From: Spirochaetia bacterium
GTDB taxonomy: Bacteria; Spirochaetota; Spirochaetia; WTKD01; G963693115
Assembly (NCBI GenBank): GCA_965226055.1
Contig: CBDDCA010000005.1
Span: 288,001 to 352,000 of the forward strand
DNA: 64,000 nucleotides
Direction: 5' to 3'
Below, piece after piece: positions 39,701 through 49,436 of this stretch. A program made the position numbers and the translations under genes. The notes under the pieces were generated by a model. The model did no database searches, was not told the origin of the DNA, and saw nothing but the letters and a program-made list of their open reading frames with translations. Position 1 is the stretch's first letter; each line of letters starts with the position of its first letter.

Positions 39701-39813
39701 AATTTTACGGAGCTCCCTTCAGTTTATGCTTATCAGTGACATTTTCAAATTTTTCTTACATACAATACATCCCCTTTCTTGACCAAAACTATTATTTTCA
39801 CAATAATAAAACT

Positions 39814-40224
39814 ATGAGAAACATATACAGTACACTGCTTTTAGCAATTATTACCTCTCTAACATTGCTTTCAGTAGCAAATTGTGATGTCCCAACCAGT
39901 TCTGTTCCCTATGTATTTTCTCCTCCTACATGGATAATAGGATCATGGCAAGATGAACATCATCGCTTTACTGCTTTTACATTTTCTGAACATGACATTG
40001 ATATTGGAGGAAACTATACTTTGACAGAACTCTATGCAAATGCAAAAGAAACATTTGATGCAGTAAGTACAGATAACAGTATGTATACTATAACACTGGC
40101 AAATAGCATACATACTTTTATAAAGACGAGTAATAGTACTATAATAGAATATTCCTTTAAGAGACTTGACATAGACAAATCCGAAAGCAATATAAAGCTA
40201 AAAAAAATATCTACAAAAAAATAA
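39814..40224 (+). CDS. Small putative lipoprotein
   Basis: Hydrophobic signal ending VANC, P.WIIGSW motif; preceded by TTGACC-N17-AATAAT-N6-ATG. Confidence 0.7.
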   Translation: MRNIYSTLLLAIITSLTLLSVANCDVPTSSVPYVFSPPTWIIGSWQDEHHRFTAFTFSEHDIDIGGNYTLTELYANAKETFDAVSTDNSMYTITLANSIHTFIKTSNSTIIEYSFKRLDIDKSESNIKLKKISTKK

Positions 40225-40238
40225 TATACTAAAGATAT

Positions 40239-41300
40239 ATGCTAATTGAAGAAAATAGCAAACTCGATTTTTCGGATGTGCTCATACGACCTAAACGTTC
40301 TCCCTTAGGTTCTCGAAAAGAAGTAGACTTATTTCGTACTTTTCATTTTCGCCATACAGACAAAACATTGACAACAATACCAATTATAGCTTCTAATATG
40401 GACGGAGTAGGCACATTTAATGTAGCAAATACTATAGCAAAAGAAGGCTTGATGACTTGCCTTGCAAAGACATATCAACAAGATGAATATATATCTTTTT
40501 ATTCTCATTGTGAACAGCCTTCTATAATAGCGTATACTATGGGAATCAGTGATGCAGATTTCGAAAAATTTAGTTATGTGTATAAACAAGATTCACATAA
40601 GATCAATTTTATTTGCATTGATGTAGCAAATGGTTATTCTGAACGCTGTAGCGACTTTGTTGCAAAAATGCGTGATAGTTTCCCTGATCTTATTATTGCC
40701 GCAGGAAATGTTGTCACAGGAGATATGACTGCTGAGCTTATTCTAAAAGGTGCTGATATTGTGAAATGCGGTATAGGATCAGGGAGTGTTTGTACTACCC
40801 GTATCAAAACTGGGGTTGGTTACCCACAACTTTCTGCAATCATAGAATGTGCTGATGCAGCACATGGCTTAGAGGGACATATTATTTCTGATGGAGGATG
40901 CACTTCTTCGGGAGATGTAGCAAAAGCATTTGGAGCTGGTGCAGATTTTGTTATGTTAGGAGGAATGTTTGCAGGACACAATGAAGGCGGTGGAGAAATA
41001 ATATATGACAAACAAAGCAATGAACCTACTGGAATACGTTTTTATGGCATGAGTTCTGACACTGCTAATAAAAAACATTTTGGAGGACTAAAAGATTACC
41101 GTAGCTCAGAGGGGCGTGAGACAATTATTCCTTACAAAGGGCCTATTAACTCAACAGTACAAGAAATTCTTGGCGGAATTCGTTCTGCCTGCACATATGT
41201 AGGAGCACAAACATTAAAATCGCTTCCAAAGTGTACTACCTTTATCAAGGTACATCGTACTCATAATACTATATACGAAAAATATACAATTAAAGACTAA
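40239..41300 (+). CDS. guaC: GMP reductase (type 1)
   Basis: [32 protein letters not shown] and YRSSEGR motifs. Confidence 0.94.
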   Translation: MLIEENSKLDFSDVLIRPKRSPLGSRKEVDLFRTFHFRHTDKTLTTIPIIASNMDGVGTFNVANTIAKEGLMTCLAKTYQQDEYISFYSHCEQPSIIAYTMGISDADFEKFSYVYKQDSHKINFICIDVANGYSERCSDFVAKMRDSFPDLIIAAGNVVTGDMTAELILKGADIVKCGIGSGSVCTTRIKTGVGYPQLSAIIECADAAHGLEGHIISDGGCTSSGDVAKAFGAGADFVMLGGMFAGHNEGGGEIIYDKQSNEPTGIRFYGMSSDTANKKHFGGLKDYRSSEGRETIIPYKGPINSTVQEILGGIRSACTYVGAQTLKSLPKCTTFIKVHRTHNTIYEKYTIKD

Positions 41301-41422
41301 TATTCATACAAAAAACAGAGAAAACAATCAGCAAGAAATACTTATAGTCTGCATAAGTGAGCGTAGTGCTATGGCATAGTATCTGTCTTTAAAACAAAGA
41401 AATGATTTTTTTGTATACTAAT

Positions 41423-41474
41423 AAAGGAGACCTCCTCCTATTTGTTTGCTTATCAATATAGAGGTCTCCTTTTT
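41423..41474. terminator. Hairpin between convergent guaC and the P-II gene
   Basis: 12-bp stem aaaggagacctc/gaggtctccttt with flanking A/T runs. Confidence 0.7.
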
Positions 41475-41506
41475 ATTGTATGTATGCTTATCCACATACA
41501 TACAGA

Positions 41507-41848
41507 TTATCCGATTGCCTGCTTTCCTTTGTCACGATTCCTAATTCTTATGCAATCTTCAATAGGAATGACAAAAATCTTTCCATCACCAATAGTATCT
41601 GTTTGAGCTCCTTCAATAATGGCATCTATTGCTTTATCAACAAAATCATCGTTTACTGCTATCTCAATACGAATCTTCTTGAGGAGCTGTAATTCTACTT
41701 CTATCCCTTTCCATGAACCAGTGTAGCCTGCTTGTTGACCACAGCCCAGTGCATTTGTAATGCTCATTTTATATATCTCATGCTTAAACAGAGATTTTTT
41801 TACATCTTCCAGTTTATATGGTTGAATATACGCTATAATTAATTTCAT
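41507..41848 (-). CDS. glnK: P-II nitrogen regulator linked to amt
   Basis: MKLIIAYIQP.KL..VK, G.G.Q.G, GDGKIF and IRIR motifs. Confidence 0.88.
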   Translation of the reverse strand: MKLIIAYIQPYKLEDVKKSLFKHEIYKMSITNALGCGQQAGYTGSWKGIEVELQLLKKIRIEIAVNDDFVDKAIDAIIEGAQTDTIGDGKIFVIPIEDCIRIRNRDKGKQAIG

Positions 41849-41860
41849 ATTGTTCCTCCT

Positions 41861-43102
41861 TTAATTATCAATAATTTGAAATCCACTATACGACTCATTT
41901 CCATGTTCTGTAATATCAAGTCCTTCTATTTCTTCTTTTCTGCTTACTCTCAATAAGTTCATAGCTTTGAGTATACCAAATAATACTATACAACATAGAG
42001 AAGACCACACTATAAAAACGAACACTCCCAGAGCTTGTACTCCTAGCATTTCAAATCTACTGAGCGTTACCTCTATTATAGAAAGATCTCCAAAAAGCGC
42101 TACCGCAAGTGTCCCCCATATCCCACATACTCCATGTACAGCAAAAGCCCCTACTGGATCATCGATACGTAATACTCGTTCTGTTCCTACTGCTGCAAAC
42201 ACAACAACAATCCCGCCTATCGCACCTATAATAATAGATCCTATTGGTGAAAATATATATGCACCAGCAGTAATACTCACCAATCCTCCAAGTGCTCCGT
42301 TCAAAGTAAGCGGTACATCAACTTTCTTATAGAGCGAAGTAACAGTGAGCATTGCCCCTAGAGTTCCTGCTGCTGCTCCTAACGTGGTATTTACCAAGAC
42401 TAACATTATATTTGTGTCAACTCCAGACAATGTTGAGCCTCCATTAAAACCATACCATCCAAACCATATGATAAAGACACCTAAGCCAACTAACGGGATA
42501 CTATGTCCAGGAAATGAACGAATATGAACACTGCCATCTCCTCTTTTTACAAATTTACCAAGACGAGGCCCAAGAAAAACCGCTGCCCAAAAAGCACACA
42601 TTCCTCCTAAAAGATGAACAACAGTAGAACCTGCAAAGTCATAAAAACCAAGAGAGGCAAGCCATCCTGAATTCCACACCCATCCTCCTGATATAGGATA
42701 CACAAACCCAGTAACAAAAAGAGACACAATGAGATACCCCACAAATTTTGCTCTCTCACTCATAGCTCCTGATATTATTGTTGCTGCAGTAGCAGCAAAC
42801 ACAACCTGCAAAAACCAATCTCTATATACAGTACTGTCTGCCCCTACAAGAGCAAATTGATCTGTCCCAATAATACCTGCATAGGAACTTCCATACATAA
42901 GCCCCCATCCAAACAAGAAAAAAGATATAGCACCTATACACATATCAGATATATTTTTCATAACGATATTTGCTGTATTTTTCGTTCGCACAAGCCCCGA
43001 CTCTAACATCGCAAATCCTGCTTGCATAAAAAATATCAATATGGCAGATAAAACAATCCATAGCATGTCAAAAATTGGTGTAGTAACATTTAATATTTCC
43101 AT
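41861..43102 (-). CDS. amt: Ammonium transporter
   Basis: FMQAGFAMLE, DFAGSTVVH, WFGWYGFNGGS and DDPVGAFAVHG motifs. Confidence 0.96.
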   Translation of the reverse strand: MEILNVTTPIFDMLWIVLSAILIFFMQAGFAMLESGLVRTKNTANIVMKNISDMCIGAISFFLFGWGLMYGSSYAGIIGTDQFALVGADSTVYRDWFLQVVFAATAATIISGAMSERAKFVGYLIVSLFVTGFVYPISGGWVWNSGWLASLGFYDFAGSTVVHLLGGMCAFWAAVFLGPRLGKFVKRGDGSVHIRSFPGHSIPLVGLGVFIIWFGWYGFNGGSTLSGVDTNIMLVLVNTTLGAAAGTLGAMLTVTSLYKKVDVPLTLNGALGGLVSITAGAYIFSPIGSIIIGAIGGIVVVFAAVGTERVLRIDDPVGAFAVHGVCGIWGTLAVALFGDLSIIEVTLSRFEMLGVQALGVFVFIVWSSLCCIVLFGILKAMNLLRVSRKEEIEGLDITEHGNESYSGFQIIDN

Positions 43103-43118
43103 TTTTCCTCCTTGTAAC

Positions 43119-43161
43119 TACATATATGTAATATATTATTAAACTATTACTTTTTTGTCAA
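43119..43161 (-). promoter_or_regulatory. amt promoter with a palindrome at the likely start site
   Basis: TTGACA-N17-TAATAT; TACATATATGTA palindrome at 43119-43130; AAGGAGG SD. Confidence 0.6.
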
Positions 43162-43307
43162 TACATTTTCTCAAAATAACTGAAAAATCTTAAAAAATGT
43201 GTATATATACGTAATGGAAGCCTGAAAATATCACTTTATTAAAAAAAATTGAAATATTTTGAAAAAATATGTACATATACTTATAAAAAATATAATATAA
43301 TTAAGAT

Positions 43308-43757
43308 ATGAAAAAGATAAAATTACACACACATTTACAAATAAAAGATCAAGAGCAGTACAAGATACATTTTATGAGACCTAATCAAGATGATGATGAA
43401 CCTTCTCATCCTTATGAGTGTTCATTAAAAGAAGTAACACAAGATTGGCAAAATTACCGAGATGAGAACGATAGATGGGGTGATGCTAATTACATTTTTG
43501 CATTAGTGCAAATGCCTGAAGAGCCTGAAAACGAGAACTTGTGGTTATTTTTGGGTATATTTAAAATACTCAAAAAAACAGAGGATGGCTATAGAACTCA
43601 ATGGTTTGATAAATATAAAGAGTTCTTTAATAGGCTCATAGTTAAGTATAATCATCGTGCAAAAAATAACTATTTTAATTTGGAAGGGCTTTATAATAAA
43701 CTCGTACTCCATAAAATAAATGATACAGCAGTAAACAAAGACTGGTCTCTTATATAA
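43308..43757 (+). CDS. Hypothetical protein X1, resembling the N-terminal domain of a GIY-YIG nuclease family
   Basis: KIHF..WQ.Y..YIFALV..LWLFLG.F..Y..RLIVKY pattern; paralogue of 43945..44382. The family resemblance is from recall only. Confidence 0.6.
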   Translation: MKKIKLHTHLQIKDQEQYKIHFMRPNQDDDEPSHPYECSLKEVTQDWQNYRDENDRWGDANYIFALVQMPEEPENENLWLFLGIFKILKKTEDGYRTQWFDKYKEFFNRLIVKYNHRAKNNYFNLEGLYNKLVLHKINDTAVNKDWSLI

Positions 43758-43815
43758 AAGAAACATCCTTTCTTTTATAGCCTTACTGTTTTGCATGCAC
43801 TGATTGTATCTTTCG

Positions 43816-43874
43816 TCAATATGTCTCTGAGCTATAGGAAATCAGTGCATGCCATTTTCTATTGGCAAGTGCTT
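43816..43874 (-). pseudogene. Duplicated 3' end of apt (last 18 codons plus stop)
   Basis: Encodes ALANRKWHALISYSSETY*, as does 44441..44497; three nucleotide differences, all synonymous. Confidence 0.9.
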
Positions 43875-43944
43875 TCTGTAAAAAAATCTGAAGATATCTT
43901 GGAAAGAGTAGTATATATCCTGAAAAAAATATATAATATAAGAT

Positions 43945-44382
43945 ATGGAAAAAATAAAAGATATAAAACTAAGTAATGTTTTACCGATAGAAAATCAGTG
44001 GCAGTACAAGATACATTTTATGGTACATGGTGAAGGTACTTCTCATCCTTATGAGTGTTCATTAAAAGAAGTAACACAAGATTGGCAAAATTACCGAGGT
44101 GAGAACAATAGATGGGGTGATGCTAAATATATGTTTGCATTAGTACGAACGCCTGAAGACAATGATCTATGGTTATTTTTGGGTATATTTGAAATACTTG
44201 AAAAAAGAGAGGATGGCTATGACACTAAATGGTCTGATAAACGTAAAGAGTTCTTTAATAGACTCATAATAAAGTATCATAATCGTTCACAACAAATCTA
44301 TCGCAATTTGGAGGGACTTTATGATGAACTCTTACTCCATAAAATAAATGATACAGCAGTAAACAAAAAATGGTCTCCATAA
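43945..44382 (+). CDS. Hypothetical protein X2, paralogue of X1
   Basis: Shares SHPYECSLKEVTQDWQNYR, LWLFLGIF, EFFNRLI and LHKINDTAVNK with X1. Confidence 0.65.
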   Translation: MEKIKDIKLSNVLPIENQWQYKIHFMVHGEGTSHPYECSLKEVTQDWQNYRGENNRWGDAKYMFALVRTPEDNDLWLFLGIFEILEKREDGYDTKWSDKRKEFFNRLIIKYHNRSQQIYRNLEGLYDELLLHKINDTAVNKKWSP

Positions 44383-44440
44383 AAGAAGCGTCCTTTCTTT
44401 TATAGCCTTACTGTTTTGCATGCACTGATTGTATCTTTCG

Positions 44441-44974
44441 TCAGTATGTTTCCGAGCTATAGGAAATCAGTGCATGCCATTTTCTATTGGCAAGTGCTTC
44501 TTCAAAAGGAAGAAAATCAAGTGCAATGATACTTGCCACTTCCTCTACTTGAGCACCATTTGCTTCAAGCAGTTCGCACGCTGCCCTTGCGGTACCACCA
44601 GTAGCAAGAAGATCATCAAACAACACTACTTTTCCATGCGGTACATCCTCAGGGTGTAATTCTACTTCATCTGCACCGTACTCCAGAGAAAAACTTTTTC
44701 TTTGTGTCTTGCGTGGTAGTTTGCCTGCTTTTCTTACAAGCAACAGTGGAAGCTGTAGTTTGTATGCTACTGGAGAAGCAAAGATAAATCCACGAGAATC
44801 TATTGCTACTATCGCAGCTATTCCACTATTTCTATATCTTTCTTCGTACTCATCAATAACTTGTGCAAATACCGTAGGCTGTAATAATATCCCTGTAATA
44901 TCATAAAATAATATTCCTGGTTTCGGAAAATCTTTTACCTTCAATATTGCATTATCTAACGCTGTTTTATCCAT
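44441..44974 (-). CDS. apt: Adenine phosphoribosyltransferase
   Basis: DFPKPGILFYDIT, SRGF, RKAGKLP, LEYG and DDLLATGGT motifs. Start at 44974 after an AAGGAG SD. Confidence 0.96.
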   Translation of the reverse strand: MDKTALDNAILKVKDFPKPGILFYDITGILLQPTVFAQVIDEYEERYRNSGIAAIVAIDSRGFIFASPVAYKLQLPLLLVRKAGKLPRKTQRKSFSLEYGADEVELHPEDVPHGKVVLFDDLLATGGTARAACELLEANGAQVEEVASIIALDFLPFEEALANRKWHALISYSSETY

Positions 44975-45083
44975 GATATCTCCTTTTTTCATTCCTGTTA
45001 TATAATCATTATTATCAATTTTTATCAAATACTTTCTCTTAATTTCATACCATTAATAAAAAAAATTTGACATTCTCTTATTA

Positions 45084-46103
45084 TTATATTCTATTATGCA
45101 ATTTCTTAAATATATGATTACGTGATGATATAGTAGCACTTATATCACTATATATATTACGGGTAAGATATTCATATCCTATTCCCGCTATCATTGCTGC
45201 GTTATCCATACATAATTCTATTGAAGGAAACAAAGCCTTAGTAGAGGGCATATCTTTCATTCTTCTGCGTAAGTATCTATTACATGCCACTCCCCCTCCA
45301 AAAGCTACAGTAGTAATGCCAGTTTCTTTTACCAGTGCTTCAATACGTTCAACAATTATTTCAATAGCAGCAACACGAAAAGCAGCCGCTATATTTTCCT
45401 TACTTTGTGGATATGTTGTATTCCAGTATTTTTCTCTATGATGAATAGATGCTGTCTTTAATCCCGAATAGGACATATCATACCCATATACTTTTATAGG
45501 ATACTGCGGAAAACATGCTGCTTCTGCATTTCCTTCTTCGGCATATACATCAAGCTGTGCTCCTCCTGGATATGCAACTCCAAGCTCTCGTGCTACCTTA
45601 TCAAACGCTTCTCCACATGAATCGTCAAGTGTTACTCCTTTGACTTCTATTGTATCAAAAGTATGCACAATGCCAAGGACAGTATGTCCTCCAGAAACAA
45701 CAACTCCTATGTAGGGATACTGAATATTATTTTCAACACATGCTGAGTAAAAATGTGCTTTAATATGGTCAACACAAACAAAAGGAATACCTCTTGACAA
45801 TGCAACTCCTTTTGCAAACTGTACCCCAACAAGCAAAGAACCGCGCAATCCCGGACAAGCACTTACCGCAATACTATCAATAGAAAGAGAGCTTTGTTTT
45901 TCTGTATACTCTTGCATTACTTGTTGATACAAATGAGCTATATGCTGAACATGTAATCGTGAAGCAAGTTCGGGGACTACTCCGTTATGTTGCTTATGTT
46001 TTTCAATTTGACTGTGTGTGCGTAACGCTATTATTTCATTTCCATCTTTTACCAGCGCAATAGAACACTCATCACAAGAACTTTCAATTCCTAGCACTAC
46101 CAT
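45084..46103 (-). CDS. tsaD: tRNA N6-adenosine threonylcarbamoyltransferase
   Basis: LGIESSCDE, GVVPELASRLH, H..AH, VSGGHT, GEAFDK and DNAAMI motifs. Confidence 0.95.
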   Translation of the reverse strand: MVVLGIESSCDECSIALVKDGNEIIALRTHSQIEKHKQHNGVVPELASRLHVQHIAHLYQQVMQEYTEKQSSLSIDSIAVSACPGLRGSLLVGVQFAKGVALSRGIPFVCVDHIKAHFYSACVENNIQYPYIGVVVSGGHTVLGIVHTFDTIEVKGVTLDDSCGEAFDKVARELGVAYPGGAQLDVYAEEGNAEAACFPQYPIKVYGYDMSYSGLKTASIHHREKYWNTTYPQSKENIAAAFRVAAIEIIVERIEALVKETGITTVAFGGGVACNRYLRRRMKDMPSTKALFPSIELCMDNAAMIAGIGYEYLTRNIYSDISATISSRNHIFKKLHNRI

Positions 46104-46182
46104 TACATATAGTATACTTTTTTATAATAATCTTTGTATAACAATAAACAGTATAAAACAAATAGAACAAAAACAGTATTAT

Positions 46183-47268
46183 TTAAGGGGGAGTAGCACT
46201 CACTTGTACATACTCAAAAAAACTGTTTAAGCCAACAAGCTGTCCCCCATCTTCCACAATGGTAGGGTACATTGTAGATATTGCAATAAAGGTATTTGGT
46301 TTTGTTACATGTCCAATAAGCACAGCAAAGCCTTTTTGTTTTGCCAGTGTCATTCCTTTTCTTATTTGCTCAGTAATATATTGTACGTTATTATTGTTAT
46401 CAATAAAAACATCTCGTACGATAATGTGCATGCCTAAACTGTCTGCAACTGCTTCTGCTACTGTATTTGAGCTTGTTCTACTATCTAAAAATATAAGATT
46501 TTTCTGTTTTGCTGTTTTTAGTACTGTATGCATAAGCCTTTTATCAGCAGTAGCAAGGCTTCCCATATGATTATTAAATCCTATACTTCCTGCTACAGAT
46601 TGTAGACTATTTTGAATAAGTTCTGATATTTGATTTGCACTATACGATACTTTGAGTGCATATTCTCCTGGCGACTCATTTCCAATCGGTTGCATTGGCA
46701 TATGTAACATATACGGGATATTATTTTTTTGCAACACATCGACTATTTGGGTTGTATACGATAAAAACGGCAATACCGCAAATGTTACTGTTCCTGCAAA
46801 ACTGAGATACGGGGTTATCTGTTCAAATGATGCTCCAGCATCATCCAGCACAAAGAACAGTACATATGCATCTGTATCATTCTTTAGCGTATACTTTTTT
46901 TTTCTCCCAGAAAATTTATCTTTATTTTCAAGAGTACTATCAAGAAATTCTGAACTTTGCATAGATGCTGTCTTGCTTGCTGTAGGTGATAACACAAGTA
47001 TGTGAGATGTTTCATGTTCTACAGTACTCTCAAAGGGCAGTGAGTACAATGTTTGAGTACCACTATCAGATATTTCTCTATTTGTTTCTCTATTGAAATG
47101 AGACGAGAGAGCATCACTATCAGCTTTAGAATGTTGTGGTTGACTCGATACAGAGATACCATGTGTATCAGTATAAGAAGAACTATAGTAGCTTCCTAAT
47201 AAAAACAATAACAGAAAGAGTACACTACATATTGAAAAAACAATAAGGACAGGACGCCAATATATCAT
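46183..47268 (-). CDS. Divergent polysaccharide deacetylase family protein
   Basis: LDDAG, LHMPMQP, NNHMGS, FLDSRT, RDVFID and IGH motifs; N-terminal TM. Confidence 0.9.
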   Translation of the reverse strand: MIYWRPVLIVFSICSVLFLLLFLLGSYYSSSYTDTHGISVSSQPQHSKADSDALSSHFNRETNREISDSGTQTLYSLPFESTVEHETSHILVLSPTASKTASMQSSEFLDSTLENKDKFSGRKKKYTLKNDTDAYVLFFVLDDAGASFEQITPYLSFAGTVTFAVLPFLSYTTQIVDVLQKNNIPYMLHMPMQPIGNESPGEYALKVSYSANQISELIQNSLQSVAGSIGFNNHMGSLATADKRLMHTVLKTAKQKNLIFLDSRTSSNTVAEAVADSLGMHIIVRDVFIDNNNNVQYITEQIRKGMTLAKQKGFAVLIGHVTKPNTFIAISTMYPTIVEDGGQLVGLNSFFEYVQVSATPP

Positions 47269-47348
47269 ACTACTAAAAACATCATACCAGTACTATAGTC
47301 ATATACTACTATGTAAAGATTTTCTGCACCTTATGTGATCAAGCTATG

Positions 47349-47672
47349 CTATACATATTTTCTGTACTGCTGAGTAATAGCCTCTGAAAAGCCTAGTTCA
47401 CTTTGCTGAGCAATAAGAGAAGCGTATTCATCATATAACATACCACTAAATATGTCTTCACTTAATCCTCCATAAAAAGGATTTTTCTTTTCATCTACTG
47501 TTTTTTTCATACTATCAAGTACCAGCTTGATAAACATTGCTTCAAACTCATCAGCAATTTTTTCAAGTTTTTCACTATCATCCTTAGCAAGATCAACAGC
47601 ACGTGTTGCGTTCTGCACAGTATATTGATTACTACTACTTGCTTGCTCTAATGCTAATCCGTGTATGTCCAT
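47349..47672 (-). CDS. flgJ: Single-domain rod-binding protein (FlgJ N-terminal type)
   Basis: L...A.EFEAMF...L..M..TV and EDIF..ML.DEY motifs; follows flgG. Confidence 0.8.
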   Translation of the reverse strand: MDIHGLALEQASSSNQYTVQNATRAVDLAKDDSEKLEKIADEFEAMFIKLVLDSMKKTVDEKKNPFYGGLSEDIFSGMLYDEYASLIAQQSELGFSEAITQQYRKYV

Positions 47673-47713
47673 ATACTATCTGCTCCTTGTATTTTTTATC
47701 TACTGTAATATTG

Positions 47714-48508
47714 TTATCGCTTAAGATTTGCTGCAATACCAAGCATAGAATCTGATGTTTGAATAGCTTTAGAGTTAAACTCATATGCTCTTTGTGCTTT
47801 AATCATATTTACAAATTCGGTAATAAGATTTACATTTGATCCTTCACGAAACCCTTGTCTCAATAATCCAACGCCTTCACTTCCTGGCTGAAAAGAAACA
47901 GCATCCCCTGATGCTACTGTTTGTGTAAAATAGTTATTTCCTTGTGCTTCTAATCCAGCAGGATTGAGAAAACGATAGAGTATAAACTGCCCTATTTCTT
48001 CGTAGTTAGTTTCTCCAAATCGTCTAATGCTTACTCTTCCATCATCGGTAACTTTGAGTGTTTTTAAGTCTCCATCTCTTGGAACAAAGATATTAGGATC
48101 TACTCGATACCCTTCACTGGTAACAAGCTGTCTATTTCTATCTATCTTAAATTCACCATTACGAGTATATCCAAAACGCCCTTCGGGCAAAAATATCCGA
48201 AAAAACCCTTCCCCCTGAATGGCAAGATCTGTTTTTACCTGTGTTTGTTCCATATTGCCTTGTTCAAACATTTTAGGCGAAGATGCCGATCGCACTCCAT
48301 GCCCCACCTGTAAGCCTACGGGGACTAGCGTTTGCTCAGTTGCAGGTGTTCCTGCATTACGATGAGTCTGATATATTAAATCTTGAAATTCGCTACGATT
48401 TCGCTTAAATCCAGTAGTATTAACATTAGCAAGATTGTTTGATATTGTATCTATATTAAACTGCTGACCTAACATTCCTGATGCAGCTGTCCATAATGAA
48501 TTTACCAT
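47714..48508 (-). CDS. flgG: Flagellar distal rod protein FlgG
   Basis: SLWTAASGM, SNNLANVNTTGFK, YTRNGEF and AQRAYEFNSK motifs. Confidence 0.95.
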   Translation of the reverse strand: MVNSLWTAASGMLGQQFNIDTISNNLANVNTTGFKRNRSEFQDLIYQTHRNAGTPATEQTLVPVGLQVGHGVRSASSPKMFEQGNMEQTQVKTDLAIQGEGFFRIFLPEGRFGYTRNGEFKIDRNRQLVTSEGYRVDPNIFVPRDGDLKTLKVTDDGRVSIRRFGETNYEEIGQFILYRFLNPAGLEAQGNNYFTQTVASGDAVSFQPGSEGVGLLRQGFREGSNVNLITEFVNMIKAQRAYEFNSKAIQTSDSMLGIAANLKR

Positions 48509-48557
48509 GTTTACTCCTTTACATATCCTTTATTATCTTATATTATCTTAATTATAT

Positions 48558-49418
48558 CTATATTCGTATACTTAACAAACGTTCAGTCGATTGATCAGAA
48601 CTTTGTATTACTTTCTGTCCTGCTTCATAGGCACGATTTACTTCTATCATTTCAACCATTTGTCGAATAGGTTCTACATTTGATGCTTCAATATATCCTT
48701 GCAAAAATGTTGGTCTATCAATCTCAGCTACCAGTTCATTTGCTTCTCCACTGTACTCATTTGCAGTATAAAGGCTGTTTCCTTGTTTTTTGAGATAGCG
48801 CTGAAATTCAAAATCTACCACTCGTATTGTATCTAATACTATTGATTGCTCCCAATCATTATCGTGTGTATCTACAAAATTTTCTACTGGATCGCGCAAA
48901 TCAGCGTTTACTATTACTTGTCCTGCATCATTTACCTTAAAATTATTCTGTTGTACACGGATGTATCCATTTTCACCCAACAAAGGATAGCCTTCTTTTG
49001 TCATAAGTATATTATTATTTCCTATAATAAAATTGCCATTACGCGTATATCGTTCTCCATAAGGGGTGTCTACTGCAAAAAAACCTTGTCCTGATAATGC
49101 TATATCAGCTGGATTTCCTGTCTCTTGAGGAGCTCCTTGTGTAAATACTGTGTATATCTCGTTTTGTTCCACTCCTGTACCAAGCACCCCTACCACTGGA
49201 TTTTTATCTATTGAACCAACTGTGGGCAACACTCCTGTAGGAAACTTAGTACGATACGCTCCCATATTACGAATAAGTAGTTCGGGAAAACTTTTATCAA
49301 TAGACTCTTCTCTTTTATATGCAGTTGTAGTAGCATTAGCAAGGTTATTGGTAATCACATCAAGCCTTTGTTGCTGAGTGAGCATACCAGAAACAGCTGT
49401 ATACATTCCTCTTACCAT
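48558..49418 (-). CDS. flgF: Flagellar proximal rod protein FlgF/FlhO
   Basis: RGMYTAVSGM, NNLAN and ASNV..I.QMVEMIEVNRAYEA motifs; directly upstream of flgG. Confidence 0.8.
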   Translation of the reverse strand: MVRGMYTAVSGMLTQQQRLDVITNNLANATTTAYKREESIDKSFPELLIRNMGAYRTKFPTGVLPTVGSIDKNPVVGVLGTGVEQNEIYTVFTQGAPQETGNPADIALSGQGFFAVDTPYGERYTRNGNFIIGNNNILMTKEGYPLLGENGYIRVQQNNFKVNDAGQVIVNADLRDPVENFVDTHDNDWEQSIVLDTIRVVDFEFQRYLKKQGNSLYTANEYSGEANELVAEIDRPTFLQGYIEASNVEPIRQMVEMIEVNRAYEAGQKVIQSSDQSTERLLSIRI

Positions 49419-49436
49419 ATTATCTCCTACAAGTTA

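Noticed and set aside
39420-39735. tRNA, tmRNA, SRP, RNase P or 6S RNA in the NYN-downstream spacer
   Set aside because: None of the diagnostic motifs (T-loop GTTCRA, GGAAG SRP loop, GAGGAAAGTCC) or a long 6S duplex was found; kept only as an unassigned hairpin array.
43791-43976. Paired small + strand ORFs at 43791 and 44429
   Set aside because: Antisense readings of the duplicated apt tail.
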